A DNA stretch of 64,000 nucleotides from the NCBI GenBank assembly GCA_038821645.1, contig JAWBDT010000001.1:64001-128000 (forward strand). The letters are read 5' to 3'. This stretch comes from Ignisphaera sp. Lineage in GTDB: Archaea; Thermoproteota; Thermoprotei_A; Sulfolobales; Ignisphaeraceae. Below, piece after piece: positions 48,592 through 59,082 of this stretch. Below the pieces are notes generated by a model. It saw only the letters and a program-made list of their open reading frames with translations, was not told the origin of the DNA and ran no database searches. Both the position numbers and the translations under genes were made by a program. Numbering within the stretch: position 1 is the stretch's first letter; every line of letters starts with the position of its first letter.

Positions 48592-49479
48592 TTATTTTCG
48601 TCGAAGAGATAAAGCTAGAATTGTTATAAATACTATCAATGGAATGATCAAGGGCTCAGGTATTGGTACTGGAAGCATTTTGTCAAACGGATAAAAATCA
48701 ATATTGTTGTTATCCAATATTTTGCAGAGACCATCATCATCACCTTTGGCTCTACAATCATCAGGATTGCTTAGTGATTGCCAGAAGTTTCCTACATTTC
48801 GATCTCCTATTTGACAACTCCAGGTAGCCACAATATAATCGAAACTAATGGATACATCATTTAAGTTGTTGAAGAAATTGTTTAAGCATAGTGTGACACT
48901 ACTATGGTTTATTTTAATACCGATTCTGTTGTTATTAATATTGTTATTAAATATTCGCACATTCCCAATACCTGGACCGATAGATATACCAACATCATTA
49001 TTCTCTAGAGAACAATATCTAATATCAATATTACTTGCTTGATCTATGTATATACCAGTATTGAAATTTTTTACAGTAATATTCCCAATAACAATGTTAC
49101 TTGCAGACTTAATACTTATACTATGATTTCTATAGTTATTTCCATTAATTACATGGTTCTGTCCATCGAATATGATACCACTACCTGTTATCGATATTGC
49201 TATATTATCTAGGTTTTTAAGGAGTTTATATATCGAATAGTTTTGTCCACCAATATTTATGCAACTACAGCTGATGTACTCTCCATTAACTGGTTCTGAA
49301 GGACACCAAACCCATCCATATTCTTTTTCACCTTCATAGAAGTGACAATTACCACTTCCACCATCTATCCGTATAGAGATTAGCTGATTTTGAGTGTATA
49401 TAGGTATTGCTATAATTGTTACCATGAATAATAGCATTAGTGTAACTGTGTAGCCTATTACTGTTTTTCTTAAAATCAT
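48592..49479 (-). CDS. Secreted parallel beta-helix (NosD/CASH-like) surface protein with PEP-CTERM-like tail
   Basis: Signal peptide; FDGQNHVING; Asn/Ile/Gly beta-helix repeats; GNFW...D.YP; tail PVPIPEP + TM + RRK. Confidence 0.82.
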   Translation of the reverse strand: MILRKTVIGYTVTLMLLFMVTIIAIPIYTQNQLISIRIDGGSGNCHFYEGEKEYGWVWCPSEPVNGEYISCSCINIGGQNYSIYKLLKNLDNIAISITGSGIIFDGQNHVINGNNYRNHSISIKSASNIVIGNITVKNFNTGIYIDQASNIDIRYCSLENNDVGISIGPGIGNVRIFNNNINNNRIGIKINHSSVTLCLNNFFNNLNDVSISFDYIVATWSCQIGDRNVGNFWQSLSNPDDCRAKGDDDGLCKILDNNNIDFYPFDKMLPVPIPEPLIIPLIVFITILALSLRRK

Positions 49480-50208
49480 TATCCCACTTCATACGCAATG
49501 ATTTTGTGGATAGCTTGTCGAATATTGTACAACTATAATAAATTCTGTGGAAATATATTTATTTGTTCGTCTTCTATTTCTATTACTCTAGCCTGGTAAT
49601 TTTGGAGTATTGTTGTTAATTGTTGCTAGATTTCTACTGTATTTCTTCTGTGTGTTAGTCTTTGTATGTCTTAACTATATTGGTGAAGAGATTTAGAGTT
49701 ACACTCTAGACCATAGAGCTATATAGTACATTTAATATAGATGTAGATTATTCGTTTTTTACTGATTTAAGACTTTGTAAGAAGAAGCTTTACCACTCTC
49801 CATTATTTGAGTAACTAAATTATGGCATAAAGTTGTTTACTGCTTATAGTGATTTTTGATACATTATTGAAGCTTGATAATTGATTAAAGTAGATTCAAT
49901 TAAACTATATAGTGTAATTCTTTCTGATGATGTTTTTGGGATCTTTTCTCATACTATTATATATATATCTAGAAGCAGAGGCATCTCTAGTATTAAAGCT
50001 TCGATAACTCTATCAATATCTTCTACAACAGCTATTGATGAATATTGATATGTCTTAACATTATTAACCTTCAGCAAGGATTATCTCTATGGAGAGTACA
50101 ATGATTCATGAGATATATTCTTCACTACAGACCTATTGATACATAGCTTCCACATCTATGTTTCACAATCATCAGACTACGAATATATTCAGAACAATTA
50201 TTCCCACA

Positions 50209-50991
50209 CTATATGTTGGCTATACGTAGAGACTTGATATATTTAACAACATTCCTACATATATTAATATTATCTCTACACATAACCTCGAATACTATAA
50301 AACCATTGTATCTTGTTCTCATTATCCATGTCTCGATCTTATTCCAATCAACTGTACCAGTAGTAGGTGGTTTGTGATGATCTCTATAACCATCATTATC
50401 ATGGATATGCATTACCTTAATATATCTTCCAGCAGTATTCAAAAATTCATCAATATTCTTGTTAATGTTTGCGTGACCAATGTCTAGACATATACCAACA
50501 TCTCCATCAAGTACTGAGATAAGCTGTATAAGTTCCTTTGGTCTAGATCCAAATAAATGTTTCTCTATTATGTTCTCTATAGCTATGGCTATACCTCTAT
50601 CTCTAGCTTCTCTAACTATATATCTGAAGAACTCTAGATTAAGCTCTAATGCTCGATTTACAGCATAGAGAGGATGAATAACAGCTATTTTTCCATTGAT
50701 TTTGTTGATAAAATCTATCCATTTAATAAATCTAGCTAAACCATTGGGCGAAAGAGCTACCTCAGGCTCCATCTCGTCATAAGGTATATGGACAACATCA
50801 ACACTATTAGATATAGTTGAAACATTATCTAGAATTTCATGTATATATCTATCTTCAATAGCTTTACCACCAAAAGCAACAAAGTTGTTGTATGAAACTT
50901 CTACACGAAGACCATCACTTACCAAAGCTTCTATAGCTCTCTTAGGAGTTAATGAAACATATAGCATTGTTGAATATGTATAGTAGACCAT
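50209..50991 (-). CDS. Sugar phosphate isomerase/epimerase (xylose-isomerase-like TIM barrel)
   Basis: AIEN, CLDIGHA, HIHDNDG..DHH.PP..GTVDW, FEV. Confidence 0.88.
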   Translation of the reverse strand: MVYYTYSTMLYVSLTPKRAIEALVSDGLRVEVSYNNFVAFGGKAIEDRYIHEILDNVSTISNSVDVVHIPYDEMEPEVALSPNGLARFIKWIDFINKINGKIAVIHPLYAVNRALELNLEFFRYIVREARDRGIAIAIENIIEKHLFGSRPKELIQLISVLDGDVGICLDIGHANINKNIDEFLNTAGRYIKVMHIHDNDGYRDHHKPPTTGTVDWNKIETWIMRTRYNGFIVFEVMCRDNINICRNVVKYIKSLRIANI

Positions 50992-51202
50992 GATCTACTA
51001 CCCATATATCTCTTAACCAACTATACTAGAAATTAAAAGGTTTAGAGAAATATAGAACTAGAGATACAGATATCGATATACACAACAAGTATACCTAAAT
51101 AATTAATTCCAGATATGTTCAAATGAAACCAGATGCGATATTTCCAGATCAAGAGTAGAGGTCTAGAGTCTAATTTATGGCCATGGTTTACTGTTTTTAT
51201 TC

Positions 51203-51751
51203 CTAATTATTTTTAAGAAGATTCTCCCAGAATTCAGCTTCCTGTACTTCTCCTATTACAACAGCCTTCACTTTGCTATTTACTACAATAACAGTCTGTG
51301 GTACAGCCATAGCGTAGTGCTGAGGTACACCGTTTTTTGTCTCGATATCAACTAGCATCATGAAGAGTTCTGCTGCAGTTCTATCAGTATCTATCCAGAA
51401 AGCTCTATAGTTATCTGGATAGTGTTTTTGGAAAAACTCATACATATTGTGGCAATGTGGACATGTAGTTAATCCAAACATCAATATACATGGATTAGGT
51501 AGAGCTGTATCCTGGAACTGAGATAGAGAGACTTCTAGCTCATCAACAACGATCTTTCCAAAAATTCTTGAACCTAGATATAGTGGAACACCTTCGCCAT
51601 TTCTTGGAGTTTTGTTAAATGATATAGAGATGATCACTACTGAAATACTTACCAAAATTATCAATACTATTACTACAACATACAGTAGAGAGAGCTTTGG
51701 CTTCTCTTTCTTTTTGATCAATATAGCACCCAACTTATGTCTATAACTCAA
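51203..51751 (-). CDS. Membrane-anchored thioredoxin/glutaredoxin-fold protein
   Basis: N-terminal TM, CPHC active site, cis-Pro AVPQT. True start is probably near 51722. Confidence 0.8.
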   Translation of the reverse strand: MSYRHKLGAILIKKKEKPKLSLLYVVVIVLIILVSISVVIISISFNKTPRNGEGVPLYLGSRIFGKIVVDELEVSLSQFQDTALPNPCILMFGLTTCPHCHNMYEFFQKHYPDNYRAFWIDTDRTAAELFMMLVDIETKNGVPQHYAMAVPQTVIVVNSKVKAVVIGEVQEAEFWENLLKNN

Positions 51752-51936
51752 CTACTTAAAATCTTTAATTAAGATCTAGACAGACTACGATGATGTAGAA
51801 TGATTGAATCTGTTATTGTGTTCTACATACGGAACACATTAGCTATAAATTCTCGTAGCTGTTCTGTATCTTTGATATATGTTTATAACAGTCTGTAAAG
51901 CTTATAGAATTCAGAGAAATGTGTATGGTGTTATCG

Positions 51937-53103
51937 ATGTATGTAGGGTATCCATCGAGATTTGAGGCATATGGTGCTGTCAAGATCTATGAGCTTAGTA
52001 AGGTTCAGGTTCTTCTTGGTGTAGGCGGTAGCTCTAAACCTGGTTTATATAGTATAGCTAATTTCGATGAATTTATCAAGACTGCTGAATCTACTGCTAT
52101 AGTTGTTCCAACGAGAGATGAGGATCCTATGGTTCTTGAGGGTGTCTTAAGAGCTGTACCTATATATTCGCCGTTAATAGTTGTTTCTGCTTCTACTCAA
52201 AAGCCTCTAAATGTTTACGGTATGGAGATGGATATAGCTAAGACTCTCTATAGAGTTACAGGAAGACCCATAATAGTTATTCATCAAAGAGATCCCATCT
52301 TAGCTGATATACTTAAAGACAGTATACCAAATATTATCGATGAAGATGGACTTATTCGTTATGGTAAAGGTGAAGCACTATTGATAGCAACTCTAGTCGC
52401 AGATGGTATAGGTGTAGAGAATATTGGTTTTATTGATGCTGATAACTATATACCTGGAGCTGTAACAGAATACGCATTAATATACTATACCGTCCTCAGG
52501 ATGTGTGAATCCGATTACAAAATGGTTAGAGTTTCGTGGGGATATAAGGCATATGGATCTGTGGAATTCTATCTCAGGAAAACTGGTAAAGTTTCTCAAA
52601 TAGTTAATAGTGTCTTGAACAAAGTGTTGTCTTTTAGACGTAGAATAGAGACAGAGATAATCAAGACGAGCAATAGCGGTGAACATGCTATGAGTATGAA
52701 GCTAGCTAAAGAACTTACATATGCAGGTGGATATGCTGTAGAGACGCAAGAGCTTGTAAGTATTCTGGAGATGTGCTATATAGATGTAGATACTGGTCAC
52801 TGTCCTTCTCTACCACACAGCATTGAAATCTATCAAGTAGAGTCTAGAAATCCCCATATTCATTCAGAAAAAGGTGAAACACATGTAGTTGAAATGATAA
52901 TAGATAGTCTATCGACGATATATCACTCGAAACTAGGTAATGATAGTAAAACCAGAAGCCATATAATCAATATACTGAGGGAATTAGCATATGAATCAGA
53001 ACCACCTCTACCACAAGTATACAAGTATCCAGATATAAATACTAGAGCTTTTCTAGATAAACTTCTCTCTGAAAGTAGATTGTGTGTAGCATATGGATTA
53101 TGA
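51937..53103 (+). CDS. mpgS: Mannosyl-3-phosphoglycerate synthase
   Basis: LEGVLRAVP, IHQRDP, GLIRYGKGE, GFIDADNYIPGAV.EY, MVRVSW, NSGEHAMS, RNPHIH.EKG. Confidence 0.92.
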   Translation: MYVGYPSRFEAYGAVKIYELSKVQVLLGVGGSSKPGLYSIANFDEFIKTAESTAIVVPTRDEDPMVLEGVLRAVPIYSPLIVVSASTQKPLNVYGMEMDIAKTLYRVTGRPIIVIHQRDPILADILKDSIPNIIDEDGLIRYGKGEALLIATLVADGIGVENIGFIDADNYIPGAVTEYALIYYTVLRMCESDYKMVRVSWGYKAYGSVEFYLRKTGKVSQIVNSVLNKVLSFRRRIETEIIKTSNSGEHAMSMKLAKELTYAGGYAVETQELVSILEMCYIDVDTGHCPSLPHSIEIYQVESRNPHIHSEKGETHVVEMIIDSLSTIYHSKLGNDSKTRSHIINILRELAYESEPPLPQVYKYPDINTRAFLDKLLSESRLCVAYGL

Positions 53104-53163
53104 AATGTCTTGTTTTTTAGTCTGTGGATATTGAGAAATAGTTGTTGCTACCCTAAGTGATAA

Positions 53164-53685
53164 ATGGTTATCTGTAGGGATAATGGTTTGGATAAATGTA
53201 GTAACATGAAGGTGCCTGGAGTATATACTCTACTCCTCAATGTTTCTATGGATCTCTGTACTATTGTTGGATCTCTTGGGTATATATGTATTGATAGCGG
53301 TATGTATAGCTATATAGGTTCTGCTAGAGGTTTTGGAGGTATTGAGGCTAGAGTTAAACGCCATATAGATAAAGACGAGAAAAGACTGTGGTGGCATATA
53401 GACTATATAACTAGTTTAAAGACGGTAAAGATCGTAGGTATTGTATATGCAGAAACTGTAAGAGATCTAGAGTATATGCTTGCCAACTTTCTAGAGAGAT
53501 CTAGTTGCTGGTCTATAGCTGTACCTAGATTCGGTTCAACAGATAAGAGAAGCTCTACACATCTATTTAGATGTTTATGTAGCTTTAGCAAATGTCTAGA
53601 TGAACTCACGGAGATGTATATATCAATAGGTCTAAGACCTTGTGTATTACACTTCAATAATCATAATACTAGACCAGAGAGGTAG
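53164..53685 (+). CDS. GIY-YIG / DUF123 (Uri superfamily) nuclease
   Basis: GVYTL, GMYSYIGSA, RVKRH, WWHIDY, FGSTD...STHLF. Confidence 0.87.
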   Translation: MVICRDNGLDKCSNMKVPGVYTLLLNVSMDLCTIVGSLGYICIDSGMYSYIGSARGFGGIEARVKRHIDKDEKRLWWHIDYITSLKTVKIVGIVYAETVRDLEYMLANFLERSSCWSIAVPRFGSTDKRSSTHLFRCLCSFSKCLDELTEMYISIGLRPCVLHFNNHNTRPER

Positions 53686-53689
53686 AGGA

Positions 53690-54511
53690 TGATGCTACCC
53701 CAGGCTGTAGAAATATATTGTGATTTCTAGAGATATGGATTGAGTTAGAGCTTCTGGTATTGTGGTTCCATAGACATGGTAGAAGATATGAGTGGAGAAA
53801 ATACAGAGATTGGTATAGAGTTCTTGTAACTAAATACATGCTGATTAGAACAAGATCAGAAGCTGTTGAGAAGGTGTAGAGAATTTATTGAGAGTTTTCC
53901 TATACTAGAAGCCTTATGTAAAAGCTGATGTACTGATGTCTAGAGGTTCTTCAAAAAGCTTGGTCTTCTCTTCATGAGCTATAAGTATAGTGTTGATGAG
54001 CTACAGAACACTATCTTGAAAAACATGACTAGATTTGGATTATCTTCTAACGTTATTGAAGAATTCTATTGAAGAATTTTGTAGAAAACGTATAGTTTTT
54101 GATGCTGTGAATCCCTATACGTTTTCGTTAGAAGAACTGCTTATGGGTAAACTCGATCTTGTGGATAGCTATAAACCAGATATCCTCGTTATTCATGGTC
54201 TAGAGATGCTTAAACCAATTATAGACGAGAATCCCTATAGATTCTTCAGCCTCTTGGCGAATCTAATCCTCTATTTAAAGAAGATGGGTGTAGTAACGTT
54301 CTTAATGTTATCTGATTTATCTAAAGAAACAACAAGAATGTTTGCAAAACTTTCCGACACAATTATACGCTTACTCTATATTAAAAAATCCGATGTTATT
54401 GTTCCCTACATTTACCTGTTTAAGAGAGGGTTAGATCCAAAGATCTACAGAGTTGATGTGGAGAACTATCTTAAGGAATTCTCTAAATCAATCTCTTGTA
54501 GCTCTAAATAG
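53690..54511 (+). pseudogene. Degraded KaiC/RAD55-like ATPase gene
   Basis: Fragments EIGIEFL* and GLLFMSYKYSVDELQN..RFG. A 13-nt tandem duplication (54054-54078) shifts the frame into the 54035-54511 ORF (YKPDILVIHGL...LKKMGVVTF...LSDTIIRL). No intact Walker A. Confidence 0.7.
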
Positions 54512-54730
54512 TAGAGAGTGAATGTAGAGATTTTTGAAAATCATCGATATGTTGTAATCTATGGATAGATGCAACGACTGTAACAGTGTACCTCGTCTCT
54601 ATATAGATTCTGAAGTTTCTAGAATTTTGGAAACTGGTTAATAGGAAACATAGCTGTGTTGCAAAAGTCTGTTATTATCGTTATGGAATCATTAACATGT
54701 TTGTGTACTTCAATACAGAACACATCAGCT

Positions 54731-55897
54731 CTATAGTTTTGAAACTTCTTCACCAGGTTTAAGTACTCTATACGCATTAATGCGTGTATCTGCACCTATT
54801 ACTGCTCCGATTTTAACATATTCTCTTCCTCTTCTAGTGATCTTGAAGCTTCTCGCTATCTTTATTTCTTCTGGGAGTATGTTTAGCGTTATTACTCCAG
54901 GCTCTATAACGCTATTGAATCCTATAACTGAGAAACCTATGTATGATCTACTCCCTATAGTTGTGTTTTTCTGTATAGAGCTCCACACAATCTCTGTATA
55001 GGAGCCTATAGTTGTGTCTCCCTCTATTGAGACATAGCTTCTCACAAGGCTATGGCTGCCCACATATGTTTTCCTACCTATATATACAGGTCCTTTAATG
55101 ATAGCGTAATGATCTATCTCGACATCATCTTCAATGATTACGGGACCTTCAATAACTGCGTTAGGTGATATCTTAGCGTTACTACTTATGGATGATCTAT
55201 CTATCTGCTGAAGTATGTATAGAGAAGCTCTTAGTAGATCCCATGGATATTCTACATCTATCCACCATCCACTCCATATACATGGTTTTAGCCTATATCT
55301 ATTGTTTATAGTGTTTAAAGCTTCTGTAATATTTCCATAACTCTCTACATATTCTATGAAGTCTTTCGGCAGTATATATGCACCACCAACAACATAGAGA
55401 CTCTGGTATCCATGTATAGGTTTCTCTATAAATCTCTCTATAGATCCTGATTCATCTAGAACTGCTGTACCATAGCTCTCTACATCTTCTTCGGGTATGA
55501 GAACAACGCTATAGCGGTTTTCGATATATGTGGAGAAGAGTTCTTGATACATATCTCTTGGCGCTATTATATCGCCGTAGAGGAGAACAAAGTCTCTATG
55601 AATAGAATCTTTTGCAGAAATTATTGCTCCCTCTATATCAGGCTTCTTTTGCTGAATAAGCTCTATCTCTAGATATTTACCATATCTAACAGCTATATCC
55701 TCAAAATCCTTTGGATTGTTTATAACCATATATACATGTCTAACACCAATACCAACTAAGTTGTTGAGAACATATTCAACAATATGTTTACCAACAAGAC
55801 TAAGGAGTGTCTTAGGTTTACCGCTAGTCAAGATCTTTATTCTTTCCCCAATACCGCCAGCAAGAACTACAACAGGTATGTCTATAGCCATAGACAC
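54731..55897 (-). CDS. Bifunctional sugar-1-phosphate nucleotidyltransferase/acetyltransferase (GlmU-like)
   Basis: LAGGIGER...PK, YGD, FIEKP, WIDVEYPWDLL, then a hexapeptide domain; directly downstream of glmS. Confidence 0.85.
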   Translation of the reverse strand: MSMAIDIPVVVLAGGIGERIKILTSGKPKTLLSLVGKHIVEYVLNNLVGIGVRHVYMVINNPKDFEDIAVRYGKYLEIELIQQKKPDIEGAIISAKDSIHRDFVLLYGDIIAPRDMYQELFSTYIENRYSVVLIPEEDVESYGTAVLDESGSIERFIEKPIHGYQSLYVVGGAYILPKDFIEYVESYGNITEALNTINNRYRLKPCIWSGWWIDVEYPWDLLRASLYILQQIDRSSISSNAKISPNAVIEGPVIIEDDVEIDHYAIIKGPVYIGRKTYVGSHSLVRSYVSIEGDTTIGSYTEIVWSSIQKNTTIGSRSYIGFSVIGFNSVIEPGVITLNILPEEIKIARSFKITRRGREYVKIGAVIGADTRINAYRVLKPGEEVSKL

Positions 55898-55903
55898 ACC
55901 GTT

Positions 55904-57748
55904 TTATTCGACTGTGACAGTTTTTGCAAGATTCCTAGGTTTATCTGGGTTAAGACCTTTTCCAATAGCTGTATAGTAAGCTATAAGCTGATACGGAATA
56001 GTATACACTATTGATGCTGTATAAATCGATAACCTGGGTAGCTCGAAAACTATATCAAGTCTCTTTTTAGCTTCTTCATATCCTTTTGGTATCAAGCCTA
56101 TAGCTAATGCTTTTCTTGCCTTCATCTCTTCTATATTTCCTAGAATAAGTTCTCTATATTCATCATTAAATACTGTAAAGAAAACAGGAAATCCTTCTTC
56201 AATAAGAGCTATGGGTCCGTGTTTACTTTCTCCAGCAGGATATGCTTCTGCATGTATGTAGGCTATTTCTTTAAGCTTGAGTGCACCCTCCATAGATATG
56301 GGTACACCTATACCTCTACCAAGATAAAAAGCATTTCCATACTCTTTCAATTTCTCGCTAAACTTCTTTATTCGTGGTTCATAGATATTTATAATGTTTC
56401 TCGATATCGATGGTAATTCAGAAAGTTCTCTCTCGATACTCTCTATTGTCGAGATTGATTCAGATCCCAAAAGCTTAGCCAATTTAACAGCTATAGTTAT
56501 GAATACTAGAAGCTGGGATGTAAATGTTTTTGTTGCTGCAACACCTATTTCTGGACCAGCTCTAGTGTATATAGCGATATCAGATTCTCTAGGTATAGCA
56601 CTCTCGATAACATTAGATATAGCTATAACTCTAGCTCCTCTCTTCTTTGCCTCTCTTACAGCCATTAACGTATCTATTGTTTCACCAGATTGACTAACAG
56701 CTACAAGTATATCTCCTTCTCTAAAAATCTTCTTAAACCTAATGTATTCAGAAGATATAAAGGTAGTTGTGTTAATTCCGCAAAGAATATTCAACATATA
56801 TTCTCCTGCTAAAGCAGCATGAAAAGATGTTCCACATCCAGTTAAAAATACTCTATCTGCATTAATCAATAGTCTAGAAACTTCCTCAACTTCATTAACA
56901 ATACTGAAGAGAGTGTTCTTAAGAGCTATGGGTTGCTCATGAATTTCCTTAAGCATGAAATGAGGGTATCCTTCCTTCATAGCCATATCTGGAGTCCAAT
57001 CTATTACTCTCACTCTATTTCTCCAATCTATAGCACCTCTATCAATATTCTCTATATATATATTTGTAGGCGATATATAGCCAAAATCTCCATCATTTAA
57101 CACAATAATTCTATTCGTATACCTTAGAAAAGCAGGTATATCACTCGCAATAAAGATAGCTCTATCTCCTACACCTATAACAAGTGGAGATACATTCTTG
57201 ATGAAGTATATTTTGTGAGGATCAATAGAGGTGATAACCAGTAGTGCATATGTCCCTTTGAGAATCTTTACCAATTGTTTAACAGCTTCAAGAACTGTAA
57301 AACCATTTCTAACGAATTCTTCAACTAGATGGGGAACAACTTCACTATCTGTTTCACTAATGAATATATGTCCCTTCTCAAGTAGCTTCTTTTTTAGTTC
57401 ACTATAGTTGCTTATGATTCCGTTATGGACTACAGCTATAGTATTGCTACAGTCTGTATGAGGATGAGCATTAAAATCACTAGGCTCTCCATGTGTAGCC
57501 CATCGAGTATGTCCTATAGCTATAGAACCATCATAATCTATGAAACCCAGCTTCGCCTCAACATCTAGAATCTTTCCTTTACTCTTTCTAACAATAATCC
57601 TCCCATTATCAACTACTATGGCAAATCCAACTGAATCATAACCTCTATACTCTAGACTGAGAAGAGAATCCCTTATAACTAAACCAAGCTGTTTACCGAA
57701 AACTTCAGTGCCTCGAGAGCTACAAACTATACCGATAATACCGCACAA
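55904..57748 (-). CDS. glmS: Glutamine--fructose-6-phosphate aminotransferase
   Basis: TTG start at 57748 (GGTGA RBS upstream) gives MCGIIG; LEYRGYDS, GHTRWATHG, HNG, SQSGET, KHGP, NPDKPRNLAKTVTVE. Confidence 0.97.
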   Translation of the reverse strand: MCGIIGIVCSSRGTEVFGKQLGLVIRDSLLSLEYRGYDSVGFAIVVDNGRIIVRKSKGKILDVEAKLGFIDYDGSIAIGHTRWATHGEPSDFNAHPHTDCSNTIAVVHNGIISNYSELKKKLLEKGHIFISETDSEVVPHLVEEFVRNGFTVLEAVKQLVKILKGTYALLVITSIDPHKIYFIKNVSPLVIGVGDRAIFIASDIPAFLRYTNRIIVLNDGDFGYISPTNIYIENIDRGAIDWRNRVRVIDWTPDMAMKEGYPHFMLKEIHEQPIALKNTLFSIVNEVEEVSRLLINADRVFLTGCGTSFHAALAGEYMLNILCGINTTTFISSEYIRFKKIFREGDILVAVSQSGETIDTLMAVREAKKRGARVIAISNVIESAIPRESDIAIYTRAGPEIGVAATKTFTSQLLVFITIAVKLAKLLGSESISTIESIERELSELPSISRNIINIYEPRIKKFSEKLKEYGNAFYLGRGIGVPISMEGALKLKEIAYIHAEAYPAGESKHGPIALIEEGFPVFFTVFNDEYRELILGNIEEMKARKALAIGLIPKGYEEAKKRLDIVFELPRLSIYTASIVYTIPYQLIAYYTAIGKGLNPDKPRNLAKTVTVE

Positions 57749-57880
57749 GTTCTTCACCAATGCATTACAACACATTAGCTATACCATAGTTAAGAATACA
57801 CACAATAATATACTTACATTAACCATAGCTTAACCTATCTTGATCTACACGATATTGCTACATAAAGTTTTATACCCCTC

Positions 57881-57910
57881 TAGTGCACCTTTCATATGTA
57901 TCTGGTGCAT
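57881..57910 (+). promoter_or_regulatory. Operator candidate TAGTGCAC-N14-TGGTGC upstream of the metal ABC operon
   Basis: TAGTGCACCTTTCATATGTATCTGGTGCAT lies between the TATA (TTTTATAC, ~57868) and the ATG at 57915. The same motif occurs upstream of fmdE. Confidence 0.6.
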
Positions 57911-57914
57911 ATTA

Positions 57915-59075
57915 ATGAAGCTCGATAAACACAATAATTTGATTAAACTCACAGTTATAGTGCTACTTATAGCAATATCAATATTGACAGTAGTGTTTAT
58001 AGCTAGATATTTTGCTGTAGGTACAGCTAAAGAGAGGCTTGAAGAAAACTATATATCTATCGTAGATTTTGTTGGAAGAAACGTAACCATTAAAACAAGT
58101 ATCAGTAGGATTGTAGCCATAGGTCCTGGAGTACTTAGACTTGTGGCTTATCTAAATGCCGTAGATCTTGTTGTAGGTGTTGAAGAAGCCGAGCATCAGT
58201 GGAGTAGGATTGGAAGAGATTATGCTATGGCTTATGGAGATATATTTATTAATCTACCTGTAGTAGGTCCAGGAGGTCCTCGGAGTCCTCCAGACCCAGA
58301 GAAAATAAGAGCTGTTAAACCCGACTTGGTTCTCATGTCTAGAGCATATGTGGAGCTATATAATCCTGATAGACTTACTGAAGAAGTTGGTGCACCAGTT
58401 GTTGTGATAGATTATGGTGAAGCAGGTTACCTAGATATAGATGCCTTCAAATCTACCCTAAGGTTTTTGGGTAAAATACTCAATAGAGAGGATAGAGCTA
58501 AAGAGTTGTGTAGCTATATAGATCAAATAGTTATCGATTTAAGGAACAGAGTTATCGGTATAATGCCTAAACCAACTGTTTATGTAGGTGCAGTATCCTA
58601 TAAAGGTAGACAACCATTTACATCATCCCAAATAGCATTCCCACCTCTAACACTCATAGATACACCATCTATAGTTGATTCCCTGGACAATAGACGTGGC
58701 TTTATATCTCTAGACTTTGAATACATACTGCAGAAGCAACCCGATGTAGTCTTCATAGATCTAAATAATCTCGATGTTGTGTTAAACGATTTCAATAAAG
58801 ATCGCCAGAAGTTCTGTAGCTTGAATGCATTTAAGAATGGAAGGGTGTACTCTATACTTCCATACAATTATTACCACACTAATGTAGCTACAGCATTAGC
58901 TGATGCGTACTACATTGGTAAGACTCTGTATCCCGAGAGATTTAGTGATATAGATCCTGAGCAAAAAGCTGATGAAATCTACAAAACTTTTCTAGGCAAA
59001 GAGATTTACAGAATGTTTTTAGAAGGTTTTGGGAGAGGCTTTAGCAATCTTAGTGATCTGTTTAAATGTAGTTAA
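57915..59075 (+). CDS. Iron/cobalamin/metal-chelate ABC transporter substrate-binding protein
   Basis: N-terminal TM, DFVGRNV...RIVAIGPG.LR, PDPEKI...KPD, EYILQKQPDV, AFKNGRVY, LYPERF. Confidence 0.9.
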   Translation: MKLDKHNNLIKLTVIVLLIAISILTVVFIARYFAVGTAKERLEENYISIVDFVGRNVTIKTSISRIVAIGPGVLRLVAYLNAVDLVVGVEEAEHQWSRIGRDYAMAYGDIFINLPVVGPGGPRSPPDPEKIRAVKPDLVLMSRAYVELYNPDRLTEEVGAPVVVIDYGEAGYLDIDAFKSTLRFLGKILNREDRAKELCSYIDQIVIDLRNRVIGIMPKPTVYVGAVSYKGRQPFTSSQIAFPPLTLIDTPSIVDSLDNRRGFISLDFEYILQKQPDVVFIDLNNLDVVLNDFNKDRQKFCSLNAFKNGRVYSILPYNYYHTNVATALADAYYIGKTLYPERFSDIDPEQKADEIYKTFLGKEIYRMFLEGFGRGFSNLSDLFKCS

Positions 59076-59082
59076 TAAAGGT

